A stretch of 64,000 nucleotides of DNA, from assembly GCF_009914755.1 (NCBI RefSeq), contig NC_060946.1; one strand, 5' to 3'. How positions within the stretch are numbered: position 1 is the stretch's first letter; each line of letters starts with the position of its first letter. A model generated the notes under the pieces. That model searched no databases, was not told where the DNA came from, and worked only from the letters and a program-made list of their open reading frames with translations. This stretch comes from the human T2T-CHM13v2.0 reference genome, Homo sapiens. Both the position numbers and the translations under genes were made by a program. Shown in pieces: positions 14,069-29,204 of the stretch.

Positions 14069-14889
14069 ATAGGTGGGAGTGAATAAAGCAGATGACACAG
14101 ATGAGATGTCCAAAGTTCAAGGAGAAAGCCAGATCTTAAAGTGTGGTTTGCGAATCTATGCTCCAATGGAAATCGTTTCTGAGAAGCCCTGGTTTCTTTC
14201 TCTTGCTCTCATATAGAGACAGACATCTTCTGCCCCATGCTCTTCAATTCTCTAGGACTGGACTTCCCCTTCAACGATTATTCTTCTAGGTTACAAGGAA
14301 AATCAAAGCCCTTTGTATGGCTTACAAGGGACTGGAGGACCTGGCTGCTTGCTCTTATATTGCTTTTGAGGACATGGGACCTTCCGTGATTTTTAAGGAA
14401 TTCTATGTTGAACATTTTCTATTTTCCATTTTAAGTCTTGTCCAAAACATGTGAGAGTAGTGGAGATATTGGGATTTGGTTTAGAAATCCCAGAAACACC
14501 ACATCCAGATGTCGTATGTTTTCTGCTGTATAATTTGATATCCTATGAAGGTTTCAAATGTGATTCTACAGAAATTCATACTCAATAATTTTATAAGAAC
14601 ACTAAGCATCATCTGCCCCATATAATAAAACCTAATGTTATTTTACTTCAAAATTTTAAGGTTTTTGGTATGTATTGAGACTAATACTGTAACCACCCTG
14701 TGCCATAATTCCTAAACTGTAATATGGTTTAACGTATCTACTTTCTACATTTAAAACATGTACTTTGCCATTGAGGAACTTAGAACATTGCTGAGCATGT
14801 ATTAAATTCCCATTTCTTTCCTGATTTTTAAATAGTTATCATTTTATAATTTTCTATTGTTTAGTTTGAAGCTTACTAGGATTGTGTCA

Positions 14890-15012
14890 TTGATATGTAT
14901 GTGTATATATATATACACACACAAGTATATACATAACATATGTAATTAATATATATGTATATGTTTTATATATGTGCATATACACACGTGTATATATGCA
15001 TGTGTATATAAC
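14890..15012. repeat. (TA/TG/CA)n low-complexity tract
   Basis: Alternating purine-pyrimidine run at the tail of the adjacent L1. Confidence 0.85.
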
Positions 15013-17120
15013 ATTAATTTTTTGACCAATAAAAATTGCATAATTATATATTGTGTACATTATAATAATTTGATAGATATATATTGTAAAATGTTTAATA
15101 CAATTAAGTTGAACATTCATGTCATCTCACATGGTTATGTTTTTTGCAGTGAGAGCACTTGAGGTCTCCTACTGTTGTAGCAAATTTTAAGCATACAAAA
15201 CACAGTTATTAACTGCATTTTAAGGCTATACATTAGATCCCCAAAACTTACTTATCTTATAATTGGAAGTTTGTACTCTTTGAACACCTTATCATTTTTT
15301 CTACCTCCAGACCTGGTCATTACCATTGTACTCTCTGCTTCCATGAGTTCAGCCTTTTTAAATTCTCCATTTAAGTGAGAACATACAGTGTCTGTCTTTC
15401 TGTGCCCGGCTTATTTTGCTTAGCATAATGTACCCAGTTCCATTCATGTTGTTGAAATAGCAGAATTTCATTCCTTTTTATGGGTGAATAATATTAGGTT
15501 GTCTATTTATATCACGTTTTCCTTATCCATTCAGCATCTACAGATAAATCTTTTAAAAAAATATCCTTGACAGTTGTGGATAATGCTGCATTGAATACAG
15601 GGGTGCAGACATCTCTTTGAGACACTGATTTTTTTTTGTTTATAGACAGAAGTGGAATTCCTGGATTGTACAATAGTTCTTTTTTTTTAAAATAACCTCC
15701 ATGCTAATCTTCATAATGACTCTTCCAGTTTACAACTCATTAAGACTGTACGGAAATATTTCCCCACAACCTTGTTAACACTTGCCATATTTCTTCTTTT
15801 TGATATTAGCCATTCTAACTGTTATAAAGTGCTGTCTTATGATTTTGATTTGCAATTTTCTGATGAATGGTAATGTTTAGCATCTTTCTACACACCTGTT
15901 GGCCATTTGAATATGTTTGCTAAAAATATTTAGTCTTTTGCTTATTTTTTAGTTGGGTATTATTAGTATTTTGCTTCTGATTTGTATTAGTTTCTGCTAT
16001 ATTTTGAACACTAACCTCTTATCATATATGGTTTGCAAATATTTTATCCCATCTTAAAGGTTCTCTTATCTTTTGCTGTGCACAATAGTTTGATACACTA
16101 CAACTTTATGTTTGGTTTTATTGCTATACTTTTGATATCATATTTTAAAAATCATTGCCAAGGCCAGTATCATGGAGGCATTTCATATGCTTTTTTAAAG
16201 ATTTTATTTTAAGGATTTATGTATTAAATTTAAGTCAATTTTTGTGTCTGGCATAAGAAATATGATCAGATTTTATTATTGTGCTTGCGAGTATCCAGTT
16301 TTCCCAGCACCAAGTATTGAAAAGGCTACACTTTTTGTATTGTGTATTCATAGTGCCCTTGTCAAAGAATAACTTTAGGTGCATAGATTTACTTCTGGGC
16401 TCTGTATTCTGTTCCATTGGTTTTTGTGTTTGTTCCTATAAACATACCATTCTATTATGTTTACTGAGTCTTGAAATGTAGTTTTAAATAACAAAGTATA
16501 ATGTCCCCATATTTCGTTTTATTCCTCATGATTGCTTTGGCCATTCAATATTTCTTATAGTTTTATATATATTGTAGACTTTACTTTCTATTACTGTAAA
16601 AAGTGGCACAGGAATTTTGATAGGAAGTTGAATTAATCTCCAGATTGCTTTGAATAATATGGCACTTAGACCATATTCTTCTAATCCATAAACATGTAAT
16701 ATATTTACATTTATTTATATCTTCTTTAATTTTTTATCAATATCTTTTATTTTTTATTGTAAAAATCTTTCACCACATTGGTTAAATTTATTACTAAGAA
16801 ATCTATTATTTTGTTGCTATTGTAAATGGCATTTTTTCTTTTTTACTGGTTTGTTGCTAGTATATAGAAACAAAACTGATACTTGTATGTTAATTGTATA
16901 TTCTGCTTCTTTACTGAGTGCATTTATTAGTTTAAATGCACTATTTAAATGTACTATTTATGTTTTTTACATATAAAATTATGTCATCTACCAACACTGA
17001 CTTTTTTTCTTCTTTTCAATTTGGATCTTTTAGATTTTCTTGCTTAATTATTTGACGTAGGACTTAGTTATTCTATGTAGGACTTCCGGTTCTATGTTAA
17101 AATGGAACCATTAGAATGGG
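15013..17120 (-). mobile_element. L1MA-type 3' end and ORF2 remnant
   Basis: Antisense 3'UTR (TAAGTGAGAACATACAGTGTCTGTCTTTCTGTGCCCGGCTTATT) and degenerate ORF2 (SLFNTWCWENWI). Confidence 0.85.
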
Positions 17121-17692
17121 CATAATATAGGCTTGCATTGGTGTTTGTGCATTTGAAGGAGCAAACACCTGTTTTCATTTTTATAAACTGGCTTTAGTAG
17201 GCAAAGATCTTAATCTATTGGGTCTCAAGGCTGATGAGATCTTTACTGGGTTTGCAGTAAAAAGGCTTGCAGCTGGGTCACAAGGTGGCTGCCGAAACTT
17301 TAGTGGGCTTGTTACCAGGAGCACGTGTGGTTGTGAGTTCTGTCATTTTTTTGGGTAGGCTGGATTGTCTTCAGGGCTTTGTTCTGTGGAGCAGGCACTA
17401 GGGCAGTGTTCTGCTGTATGCTGGGCCTAATAGCAGATGTGTGGGTGAGTGTGGCTCCCACTGAGTACCTAGCAGGATGTCTCCAGGTTATCTTCAAACA
17501 GTGACTTTTGAGCTGTTTTGTTGGGTCACAAGTATGATGTCCCCAGCTTTTTTCTTATTCTTCATGATTGGTTTGGCCATTCAGCCTACATTGTAGGCTT
17601 GCATTTTCTATTACTATAAAAAGTGGGACAGGAATTATGATAGGGATTTGAGTTAACTTACAGATTGCTTTGGATAATACAACATCTTATTA

Positions 17693-19428
17693 TTATTTTT
17701 TTTTAATTTTTAGTAGAGACAGGGTTTCTTTTTTTTAATCTTCCCCCTCTTGAATTTTATTCTTTTATTTTTATTTTTTTTTTTAGTATTTATTGATCAT
17801 TCTTGGGTGTTTCTTGCAGAGGAGGATTTGGCAGGGTCACAGGACAATATTGGAGGGAAGGTCAGCAGATAAACAAGTGAACAAGGGTCTCTGGTTTTCC
17901 TAGGCAGAGGACCCTGTGGCCTTCCGCAGTGTTTGTGTCCCTGGGTACTTCAGATTAGGGAGTGGTGATGACTCTTAATGAGCATGCTGCCTTCAAGCAT
18001 CTGTTTAACAAAGCACGTCTTGCACCGCCTTTAATCCATTTAACCCTGAGTGGACACAGCACATGTTTCAGAGAGCACGGGATTGGGGGTAAGGTTATAG
18101 ATTAACAGCATCCCAAGGCAGAAGAATTTTTCTTAGTACAGAACAAAATGGAGTCTCCTATGTCTACTTCCCTCTACACGGACACAGCAACAATCCGACC
18201 TCTCCATCCCCTCCCCACAGTTCCCCCCACTCTACTCAACAAAACCGCCATCGTCATCGTGGCCCGCTCTCAATGAGCTATTGGGTACAGGTGGCCGGGC
18301 AGAGGGGCTCCTCACTTCCTAGAAGGGGTGGCTGGGCAGAGGCGCCCCCCACCTCCTGGATGGGGCAGCGGCCGGCCGGGTGGGGGCTGTCCCACACTCC
18401 CGGACGGGGCAGCTGGCCGGGTGGGGGCTGCACCCCACCTCCCTCCGGGACGGGGTAGCTGGCCGGGCAGGGGCTGCCCCCCACCTCCCTCCCGGACTGG
18501 GCAGCTGGCCAGGCAGGGGCTGTCCCCACCTCCCGGACGGGACAGCTGCCGGGTGGAGACGCTCCTCTCCTCCCAGATGGGGCAGCTGCCAGGCAGAGGG
18601 GCTCCTCACTTCCCAGAGGGGGGCAGCTGCTTGGCAGAGGGGCTCCTCACTTCTCAGATGGGGCGGGCGGGCGGGCAGAGATGATCCTCACCTCCCAGAC
18701 GGGGTCACGGCCAGGCAGAGGCACTCCTCACATCCCAGATGGGGAGGTGGGGCAGAGGCGTTCCCCACATCCCAGACGATGGGCGGCTGGGGAGAGAGCT
18801 CCTCACTTCCTAGACAGGATGGCAGCCGGGAAGAGACGCTCCTCACTTCCCAGACTGGTCAGCCAGGCAGAGGGGCTTCTCACATCCCAGACGATGGGCG
18901 GCCAGGCAGAGACACTCCTCACTTCCCAGACAGGGTGGTGGCTGGGCAGAGGCTGCAATCTTGGCACTTTGGAAGGCCAAGGCAGGTAGCTGGGAGGTGG
19001 AGGTTGTAGTGAGCCGAGATCACGCCACTGCACTCCAGCCTGGGCAACATTGAGCACTGAGTGAACGAGACTCCATCTGCAATCCCGGCACATAGAGAGG
19101 CCGAGGCTGGCAGATCACTCGCGATTAGGAGCTGGAGACCAGCCCGGCCAACACAGCAAAACCCCGTCTCCACCAAAAAAATACGAAAACCAGTCAGGTG
19201 TGGCAGCGCGCACCTGCAATCCCAGGCACTGGGCAGGCTGAGGCAGGAGAATCAGGCAGGGAGGTTGCAGTGAGCCAAGATGGTGGCAGTACAGTCCAGC
19301 TTTGGCTCGGCATCAGAGGGAGACTGTGGAAAGAGAGGGAGAAGGAGACCATGGGGAGAGGGAGAGGGAGACCGTGGGGAGAGGGAGAGGGAGAGGGAGA
19401 GGGAGAGGGAGAGGGAGAGGGAGAGAGC
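17693..19428 (-). mobile_element. Full-length SVA (older type, short VNTR) with 3' extension
   Basis: (CCCTCT)n at ~19355-19427, Alu-like domain ~18950-19330, VNTR ~18290-18950, SINE-R ~17785-18280, poly(A); TSD AATAC(A/G)ACATCTTATTA at 17676-17692 and 19429-19445. Confidence 0.96.
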
Positions 19429-22400
19429 AATACGACATCTTATTAACCAAAGGGCCTGCCTTCTCAAAATGACTCTTCTCGGTCTTGGGTTTTAGCAAGG
19501 TTTCATAATGCCCTCTATCCCAAAGCTCACTATATTGCCCAGACTGTTCTTGAACTCCTGGCCTGAAGCAGTCCTCCTGCCTCAGGCTCCTGAATGGAGG
19601 AGATTACTATCATAAGCCACTGTGCCTGGCTCTCTCATAAAGTTACTTTGGTTGATGGATGGCTGACTAGTTTTGATTCCTGCATGGGAATAAAAAAGTA
19701 GGGACCCCCTATTCCACCATCTTGATAATGTCACTGTCTCCATAAGTTTCTTCCTTATTTTGTTCTCTTGTAGTTTGTGTGTTATTTTAGGTTCAAATAT
19801 TAAGAACAATAGGCTATGATTTATACATTGTGTAAACAGTAAATTAGATAGCTAGTAGGTACCCTATATATATTATAATGTTCACCTATAAGATTAAGTT
19901 TAGAGCAGGCAAAAAGGGCTCATTAAAATTTTGATCCATTTTTTTCAGCCTCTATTAAACTATAATATAATTTATGCACTAATTTTCATTTTATCAATTA
20001 CTCTTAGCCATATTTCACGAAATTTATATTTTTTCTTTATTTAGAAATGTAAGGTTATTATTTGCTTTTAAAACTGTATTATAGCTTTTTATTTTGTGAA
20101 ATAGTAGCATCAATATATTAATAATATAAATATAGTGTAAATACTTATTAAAATTTTCCCATTAGAGAATTTTATTAATTATTGTAGTGCATTTGTGTAA
20201 AATTGTACTGCCACACACCACAGGGCAATGATTCAAAATGCCTGGTCTTCACAGATGCACAGTCACAGTTGAACATTGTAGTTATTTAGAAAAAATCTTT
20301 TCTAGTGTTATATCAATGTTCCAAACAAGATTTTATGGGTAAATGTTTCTCCCATTCTAGTTTTGCAATTCCATGTTAACTGTATTTTTATTTTAGGGTA
20401 GGTTCCTTGACATTGGTTTATTGCATTTTTGGTTTTACTTAAGTATTATTTTGGATGACAATGTGCAGCAACTTTTAATGTACAGTTTATGTCAATATGC
20501 AGTTTAATTACAATATGAATCAGCCGTATATTTATTCACAATTTAAGTTTAACAAACTTAATGAAAGCTAAGCAAACTAACGTTACATGATAAAGCCCTG
20601 ATCAGCTATGTCTTACTTAAGCAAATACACCGAAAATTAGTTTGTAGCTTTATTGCTGCTTTTGTTCAAACTATGTTTTATATTCTCTATGACCAGGGAA
20701 ATTTCTGATATTGTTCTACCAGGCTAAAGAAACAAACAAAAGACAGTGATTATACTTTCAATAGCAGTTTGTTTAGGGCCCCAGATATTCCATCTGTAGA
20801 TCTCTATGCTCATATTTGTTTGTTTTAATAAGGCTGTGGCCAAAAACCTTACATTTTTGTAGAAATTAAAGCTTTTCAGTTCCATACTAAAGGCAGGACA
20901 GCCCCATGATCTAAATCCAAGGGTGATGGCTTAGATTGAGGGCCATTTCTTGTTGACATGGAGATGGTTGAGTTGGTCTACAATAAATCTATGAGAGAAG
21001 CAGGTTGTGATGAGTTGGAAGTGTTGGCTTTCTTCATGGTCTCAAATTTCTCTGTCAAGTTCACCTCAGCTCTGCTGTACTTCTGTTCTGCTGTCAGGTT
21101 GGGAATGCTTGGCCAGTAGTGGTTATCCACATGGTTCTCAACTGCCGGTGCTTCCCTGATCCACTGTCTGCCAGAAATGCAATTGTAGCAGAGGAGGCTG
21201 GTAAGGGGACAGAAGCCAGAGATGGTAACTGGCCACCACCTGGCTGAGGAAGAGAGCAGTGGGCTCTCAATCTTAGCTCTCATGCCAAGTGCCATCCTCA
21301 TCCCAACATCCAGCAGCGTCCCCCATAATGTGCACTGCCTGGCCTGAGGTAAATGGAGAGCTCACCTAAGGCCTAAAGTTGAAAAGGGGCTTTCCAGAGC
21401 CCCAGGAGTGCTGGACATCTCACCAGCCATGGAAAGAGACTGTGTCCTCGTGGCCACAGACAGGCAATGATGGAAGACTGCCCTCATTTCAGGGCCTTCT
21501 GGAGTCTTCAGTTGAGGGTTCAGCTCTGGCAACAGAGGACACTTCTGGTGTCCAAAGATTCTCGGTGCCTGGTGGATGTAAAACCGATTGATGGCATCTG
21601 CTGGCTTCTGGAGCACTGCTTAGCCATTCTTATCTGTGTTCCCCAGCCAAAGCACTGTAGAAAGCTTGGTCTCTGGCTAGCATTCTGGACTGTTAGACAG
21701 CCTGGCTGCAGCTAGCACTGGATGGAGAGAGTACAGTGTGGTGAAGTGGGGACAGTGGGCATTCTGCCACATGGCCTAGGGTTTCTCGTGACTCTGGACT
21801 GCCCAGGTGCGGTGACCAGAAGGGAATCAGGGAATGGAAACCGTTTCTAGGCCACAGCTCAGGGAGGGAAAAACCAGGCTGAGTCTGTTGATGGTCCTGA
21901 GGTGAGATGAAACTGGGAGTCCAGGGAGACCAAAGAAGCTCAGATAAACTCTGCAGGGCAGAGTATTCAGGGTATGAAAAGGACAAAGTCACAAAACAAA
22001 AAACTCCAGAGTCTTCAGCTAAATACTGATCAGAACATGTATGTGTGTAAACTACCCAAGTCTGGGGGAAAAAAAAAAAACACCTGAAGGAAACAGAAAG
22101 AACAATGCTCGAACCTCCCACAGAACCAGGCATATTTGGAGTTCCCACCAGCAACAGTGGACAAATCTTATACTTCCCAGACCATTGGATGGAACACTCA
22201 GAAAAGAATTTGCCTCAGTAGTGTGGAAGATTAGATCTAGGCCAAGGCTGCTAAGGTCTTACTTAACAAGACCTCAAAGAAAACCCTGAAAGAACCAAAA
22301 TCTTTTCAGATAATTTAACTGCATCCTAGAACATAGCTCAATAACATTTACAGGAACCCAAAAATATCCAATGTACAATAAGATAAATTTCACGTTGTCT

Positions 22401-23011
22401 GCCATCCAGCTGAAAATTACCAGACATGTGAAAAGAAAGGAAATGTCTCAAAAATGAGAAGAAAATTTTATCAATAGATACAGAAATGGCACATAAGATG
22501 AAATTAGTAGGCAATGATATTAAAACAGTTATTATAATGATAACATTCCACAACAAGAAGGTAAACGGAAGCTAGAACATGGAAGTAGAGACATGGAAGA
22601 CCCAGCTTGAACTTCTAGAGATGAAAAATACAATGTCTGAGATGAAAAATATACTAAATGACAATTAAAATAGAATAGATATGATACAAAGAAGGATTAG
22701 TCAACTGGAAGATGTATCAGTAGAAACTATCAAAAATGGAACATGGAGAAAAAAATGGAAAAAATTGAACAGAAAATCAGCACCAACAGGACTAATATAT
22801 GTGTAATTGGAGTTCCTGAAGAAGTGGGGAGTAGTAGAAGAAAAAAATTTGAAAAAACTGTGGCTGCAAATTTTAAATTTGATAAAAACCATAAACCCAG
22901 AGATCTAAGAACCAGTGAACCCCTAGCACAACAGACATGAGGATGACACACTGAAGCACGTCATAATCAAATTGCCCCAAACCAGTGACAACAAGAAAAT
23001 ATGAAAAGTTA

Positions 23012-23341
<330 letters not shown>

Positions 23342-23370
23342 AGGCAGACATCCGGTTAGAAACAAAGCAA

Positions 23371-23715
<345 letters not shown>

Positions 23716-24186
23716 CTATAAAATGCTTAAGGGTAAAATGATTGTCAGTCTAGAATTCTACACCCAGCTAAAATATCTTTCAAAGATGATAGTGAAATAA
23801 AGACGTTCAGACAATGAAAAGCTTGAAGAATTCATTACCAGCAAGTCCTCACTACAAGGAATATTAAAGGAAATCCTTCAGTCAGAGGGAAAGTGAAACC
23901 AGATGGAAGTCCAGATCTACACAAAAGAATGTAGAGCACCAAAGACGGCAAATATGTGAGCAAAAATACAGTATTAAAAAACATTTTTAAAAGATAATTG
24001 ACTGTTTAAGCCAAAAATGATAACAAATTAATGTGAGTTTACAGCACATATAGAAGCAAAATACATGAAAACAATAACACAAAACCCAAAAGGAGGGAAA
24101 TGAATAGGTACTGCTTTAAGGTTCTTATCCTCTATGTGAAGTGGTATAATGTTGATGGCAGCCAATGCTAAGTTGAATACATATAC

Positions 24187-24915
<729 letters not shown>

Positions 24916-25948
24916 TATATCATAAACCATAGAGCAATGACTAAGTCTCAAAACCAAACCAAGGAAAAATAGTTATATGTAAAAGGCCAACAAAGAAGAT
25001 CAAATGAAATAAAAATACTCAACAAATTCAAAAGAAGTCAGAGAAAGAGGAAAAAGAGAACAAACTACAGATGCGACAAATAAAAAGCAAACAGGAAGAT
25101 GACCAATTAAAACCAAACTCTCCGGCATTCCACCATCTGTGTGTGATTATTTAGCAACTCTCTGCCTCGACAACAATACCTGTCACACAGGGTTGTCTTC
25201 AGAGCTTGCCACATGTGATATGGAAAGCCTGCTGTTTGCAGACCTGCAATCATTATATATTAGCTCTTATTTTTGGTAGCAGAGACCCAGGTCTCTGTGT
25301 TGGTCATGCTGAGAGCTGCCTTCTCATTGCTCTGTTTTCCTCCTCCTTTCATCCCTTTCTGTACTTCCACGCCCCCCATCATCTGGTTGGAGAACATTCT
25401 CAGCCTCTCGATCTGCAAATGTTCAAAGTCCATGAACCAAATAGCCAACAAATGTATTTCTGTATGTTTATCTGCTACCCACAGATCCAGGAGAATTGCT
25501 TTCCTTCCTGCAAGAAGTCCGTGGCTGCTGATGCCAAGAATGTGCTCTCTCCGTCCTCTCCTCTTTTCTGATCTGCATATTATCAACTGCTCTGAACTTC
25601 TGGGAAGACTTTACACAGGGACAACTATGAGTTTTTGTAGGAAGATGAGAAGTCACCACTTTGAGAACCATCCATTAGACGTTCCAATATTGCTGCAGAC
25701 ATGGACTCTAGCACGTTCTCTTATTCTCTGACACCCACCCCTTCCCCCATTGGCCACAGCAACTTGGGTTTGCTGTTCAGCTATGGCAGTGCCTACCTCT
25801 GGGGAACCGTGACTTATTTTATACCCAATAACACAGTGTGTCCTTATACAAAGTAGGTGTTCCATATACATCTGTTGAAGGGATTCCATCACAGTTGAAT
25901 CTATGGAGATTTCAGCAGATAAGTGAGTTGCTCAAGATGGTCAGGAGC

Positions 25949-26311
25949 TGTCTTAGTCCATTTGGGCTGCTGTAACAAAACACCTTAGCCTAGGGGGCTT
26001 ATAAACAGCAGAAATTTATGTCTCATAGGTCTGGATGCTGGCAAGGGGAAGGTCAAGGTAGTGGCAGATTGGGTGTCTGTTGAGGGCCTGTTCCTTATAG
26101 AGGGCACCTCCTAGCTGTGTCCTCACATGGTGGAAGGAGAGAACAAGCTTCCTTGGCTCCCTTTTACAAGGCCACTAATCCCATTCATGGGGTCTCCGCT
26201 TTCATGATGAAATCACTTCCTAAAGCCTTTGTCTCCTAATTCAAACCTAACCTCTCAGGGGTTAGGTTTCATCACATGGATTTTAGGGGCACACAGACAT
26301 TGACTATAGCA
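25949..26311 (-). mobile_element. MLT1A-type MaLR solo LTR
   Basis: TGTCTTAGTCCATTTGGGCTGCTGTAACAAAA...CACAGACATTGACTATAGCA, about 360 bp. Confidence 0.85.
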
Positions 26312-28175
26312 GAGACGCAGCTGGACGTGGGTCTGGGACCTTCTGGGTCCAGCTCCCATATGACACTCACACTGCACATGGCCTCCCACATGATGTGATT
26401 CTGCTCTGTGACATTGTGGCCACGAGGCAGGGATGCAGTAGGCCTCTGCAGACATGGCTTGTTCTTGGGACGGCCACCTGGCTTTGTGCTGCAGGCCTGG
26501 GGTTGAATCCACCAGCTGCCCACTCTCATGCCTGACTCAGGTTTGTGGGTCCCTCCAGGCACATGTCAGACAGCCTACCTCCCTGGGTTCCCTTCTGAAC
26601 TCAGGGACCATGGAGGGAGCCGGGGGCCTCTGTTTTTAGTTCATGCTCTTGTCTCCTATTTGGGAACAATGCCCAGGCAGGGGAATCTCTTCCCTACTGT
26701 TTTCTAAGAACATCAGGGTCTTCCTCCAAAGTCTTCACCCACTCCCTCCACTAATCCCTTCTCCCTCAGGGACACAGGGCAGCTGGGACACAGGGCACAA
26801 GCCCCCCTCCTGTGTGAAGACCCTGCCACAGGGTGGCTCTTTGGTTTTCTGCGGGTATCCAGACAAGAGGCTAAAGGTGAATGCACTCCGGAATCCAGCA
26901 GCACTGGCGAATTTCTCTCCTTAGCTCAGAGAGCATCCCCACAGACATCCCTCGCCCCACCCCGGGGCCCCTGAATCCATATCATAAAATTTATAATGTC
27001 AGTTTGTTCAACTAAGGGCCCTGCTGAGTATTTAATCCTTATTTAAAGCTGATGTTTATTTTATTTTTGAGTTTAAATTAATCAGTCTTAGGATACAGAA
27101 TTAGATAAGGCTGGGATTTAGCTCCCCTGGAATGATTCATTTCACATCGAGCCTTCTTAACTGTTTGGCTGCAGAAGGGAAGTGCCCATATCTTTCTTTG
27201 CAGAGCTGCCTAGGGCTGGCCAGGTGAACAGACATGTTCCCTCCTCCCCGTCCTGCCAGCCAGGGCACGGTGTGCTTATGATGCAGGGAGTTAGAATACT
27301 AGCCTTTTCATCACAACAGTCATAAATCCTCACACAGGGAAATAGAGATAATATACAAGCAGGAAAAAAAGAAAAAAGAAGCAGTCTCGAATTCTGCTAC
27401 CTAAAGATAACCATTGTTACCATGTAGGCAAGCTTCCTTTCATGCTGTGTCAAGTGTTTAAAAAATATGGCTCAATATTACAAAAACACAGGACTGCTTA
27501 GAGGATAACGGTATTAAACTTTCATGTACCTCCCAGTTAAAATTCACACGTGGTAGCTTTTGGATGCATTTGCTCCAGAGTTTAAGGGAAGAAAACTATG
27601 GATTCAGCCATAATGTTCAAGCTGACACTCGAGTTATATGCCCCTTTTCTAGTCCAGTTACCTCCCCCTCCCCACTATTCTGAAGTCAATGTGTGTCTTC
27701 CCATCCATGTTGAATACCTAGTGTTCATGTCCATGAAGAATGGATAGTGTTTTTTGGTCTGTTTTTGCAATTTTATACAAATAGCAGTCCATATATACTC
27801 TCCTGAAAGTTGCTTTTCCCTTCAAAAATATCTTCCAGATGAATCTAGAATTCTGCATTTCTGGCGAGCAGAGGATGCACCCCCTCCAAACCCTACCACA
27901 AGGTGATGCTGATGCTCTGGTCCAAGGCCTACACATAGCCTGGTGAGGCTTGGGGTCTTGGGACAGGTCCATTGTCAGCCCTTCCTAGGAAGCACAGCCA
28001 GATGACCTTGGGGCTGGAGTCCTCAAAATGCCCCTCACCAGCAGTGTGCACATCCATCTTCACTTATCTTCATCAATATTTGTTATCACACTTTCTAATA
28101 TTTTTTCTTGGATTTTGCAGTGCAGCTGAAAGCTTGCCTTGTGTTTCCCAGCCCTTCGGGTCTCCTCCTCTGTGA

Positions 28176-28530
<355 letters not shown>

Positions 28531-28608
28531 AATTTTGATTTTAATAATCTGGATATCAATGCTTTTTTGGCCAAATACCTCACAAATATGTTTTCCCTAT
28601 TTTTGCAC

Positions 28609-28962
28609 TGTATTAGTCCATTTTCACACTGCTGATAAAGACATACCCCAGACTGGGAAGAAAAAGAGGCTTAATTGGATTTAAGTTCCACATGGCTGGG
28701 GAGGCCTCAGAATCATGGTGGGATGTGAAAGATACTTCTTACATGGCAGTGGCCAGAGAAAAATGAGGACGATGCAAAAGTGGAACCCCCTGATAAAACC
28801 GTCAGATCTCATGAGACTTATTCACTACCAGGAGAACAGTATGGGGGAACCACCCCCATGATTCAAATTATCTCCCGCCAGGTCCCTGCCACAACACATG
28901 AGAATTTTGGGAGGACAATTCAAGATGAGATTTGGGTGGGGACACAGAGCCAAACCATATCA
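28609..28962 (-). mobile_element. THE1 (THE1A/B-like) solo LTR
   Basis: TGTATTAGTCCATTTTCACACTGCTGATAAAGACATAC...GCCAAACCATATCA; TSD TGCAC/TGAAC. Confidence 0.93.
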
Positions 28963-29204
28963 TGAACTGTCTTTGTCTTTTAACTTTATTCATCGCTTCT
29001 TTTGTCAGATCAAAACTTCTACATTTAATATGGTTGAATTTATCAGTAATTTCTTTTATGGTGTGTTTTGTGTCATATTAAAAAAAAGTTTCTCTCTGCT
29101 TAGTGTCATAAAATATGTCCTCTGTTTTCTTCTAAAAATTGGAAATCTGCTTTTATGTTTTATTTCCTTTGTTCTTTGTTTGGTAGGGATGTGAGGTAGA
29201 AATC

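Larger units (their letters stand above)
13460..20900 (+). pseudogene. Fragment of a ZNF91-family-type KRAB-zinc-finger gene (intron, KRAB-B exon, long intron); no KRAB-A or finger exon seen
   Basis: Intron motifs typical of that family flank the KRAB-B exon (GATCTGTATCCTT...GATTAGTG..AACTCC..AAATTTAG; GCAGATGACACAGATGAGA.GTCCAAAG); right boundary uncertain. Confidence 0.6.

Noticed and set aside
18273-19498. Numerous GC-rich ORFs
   Set aside because: SVA VNTR, Alu-like and hexamer sequence
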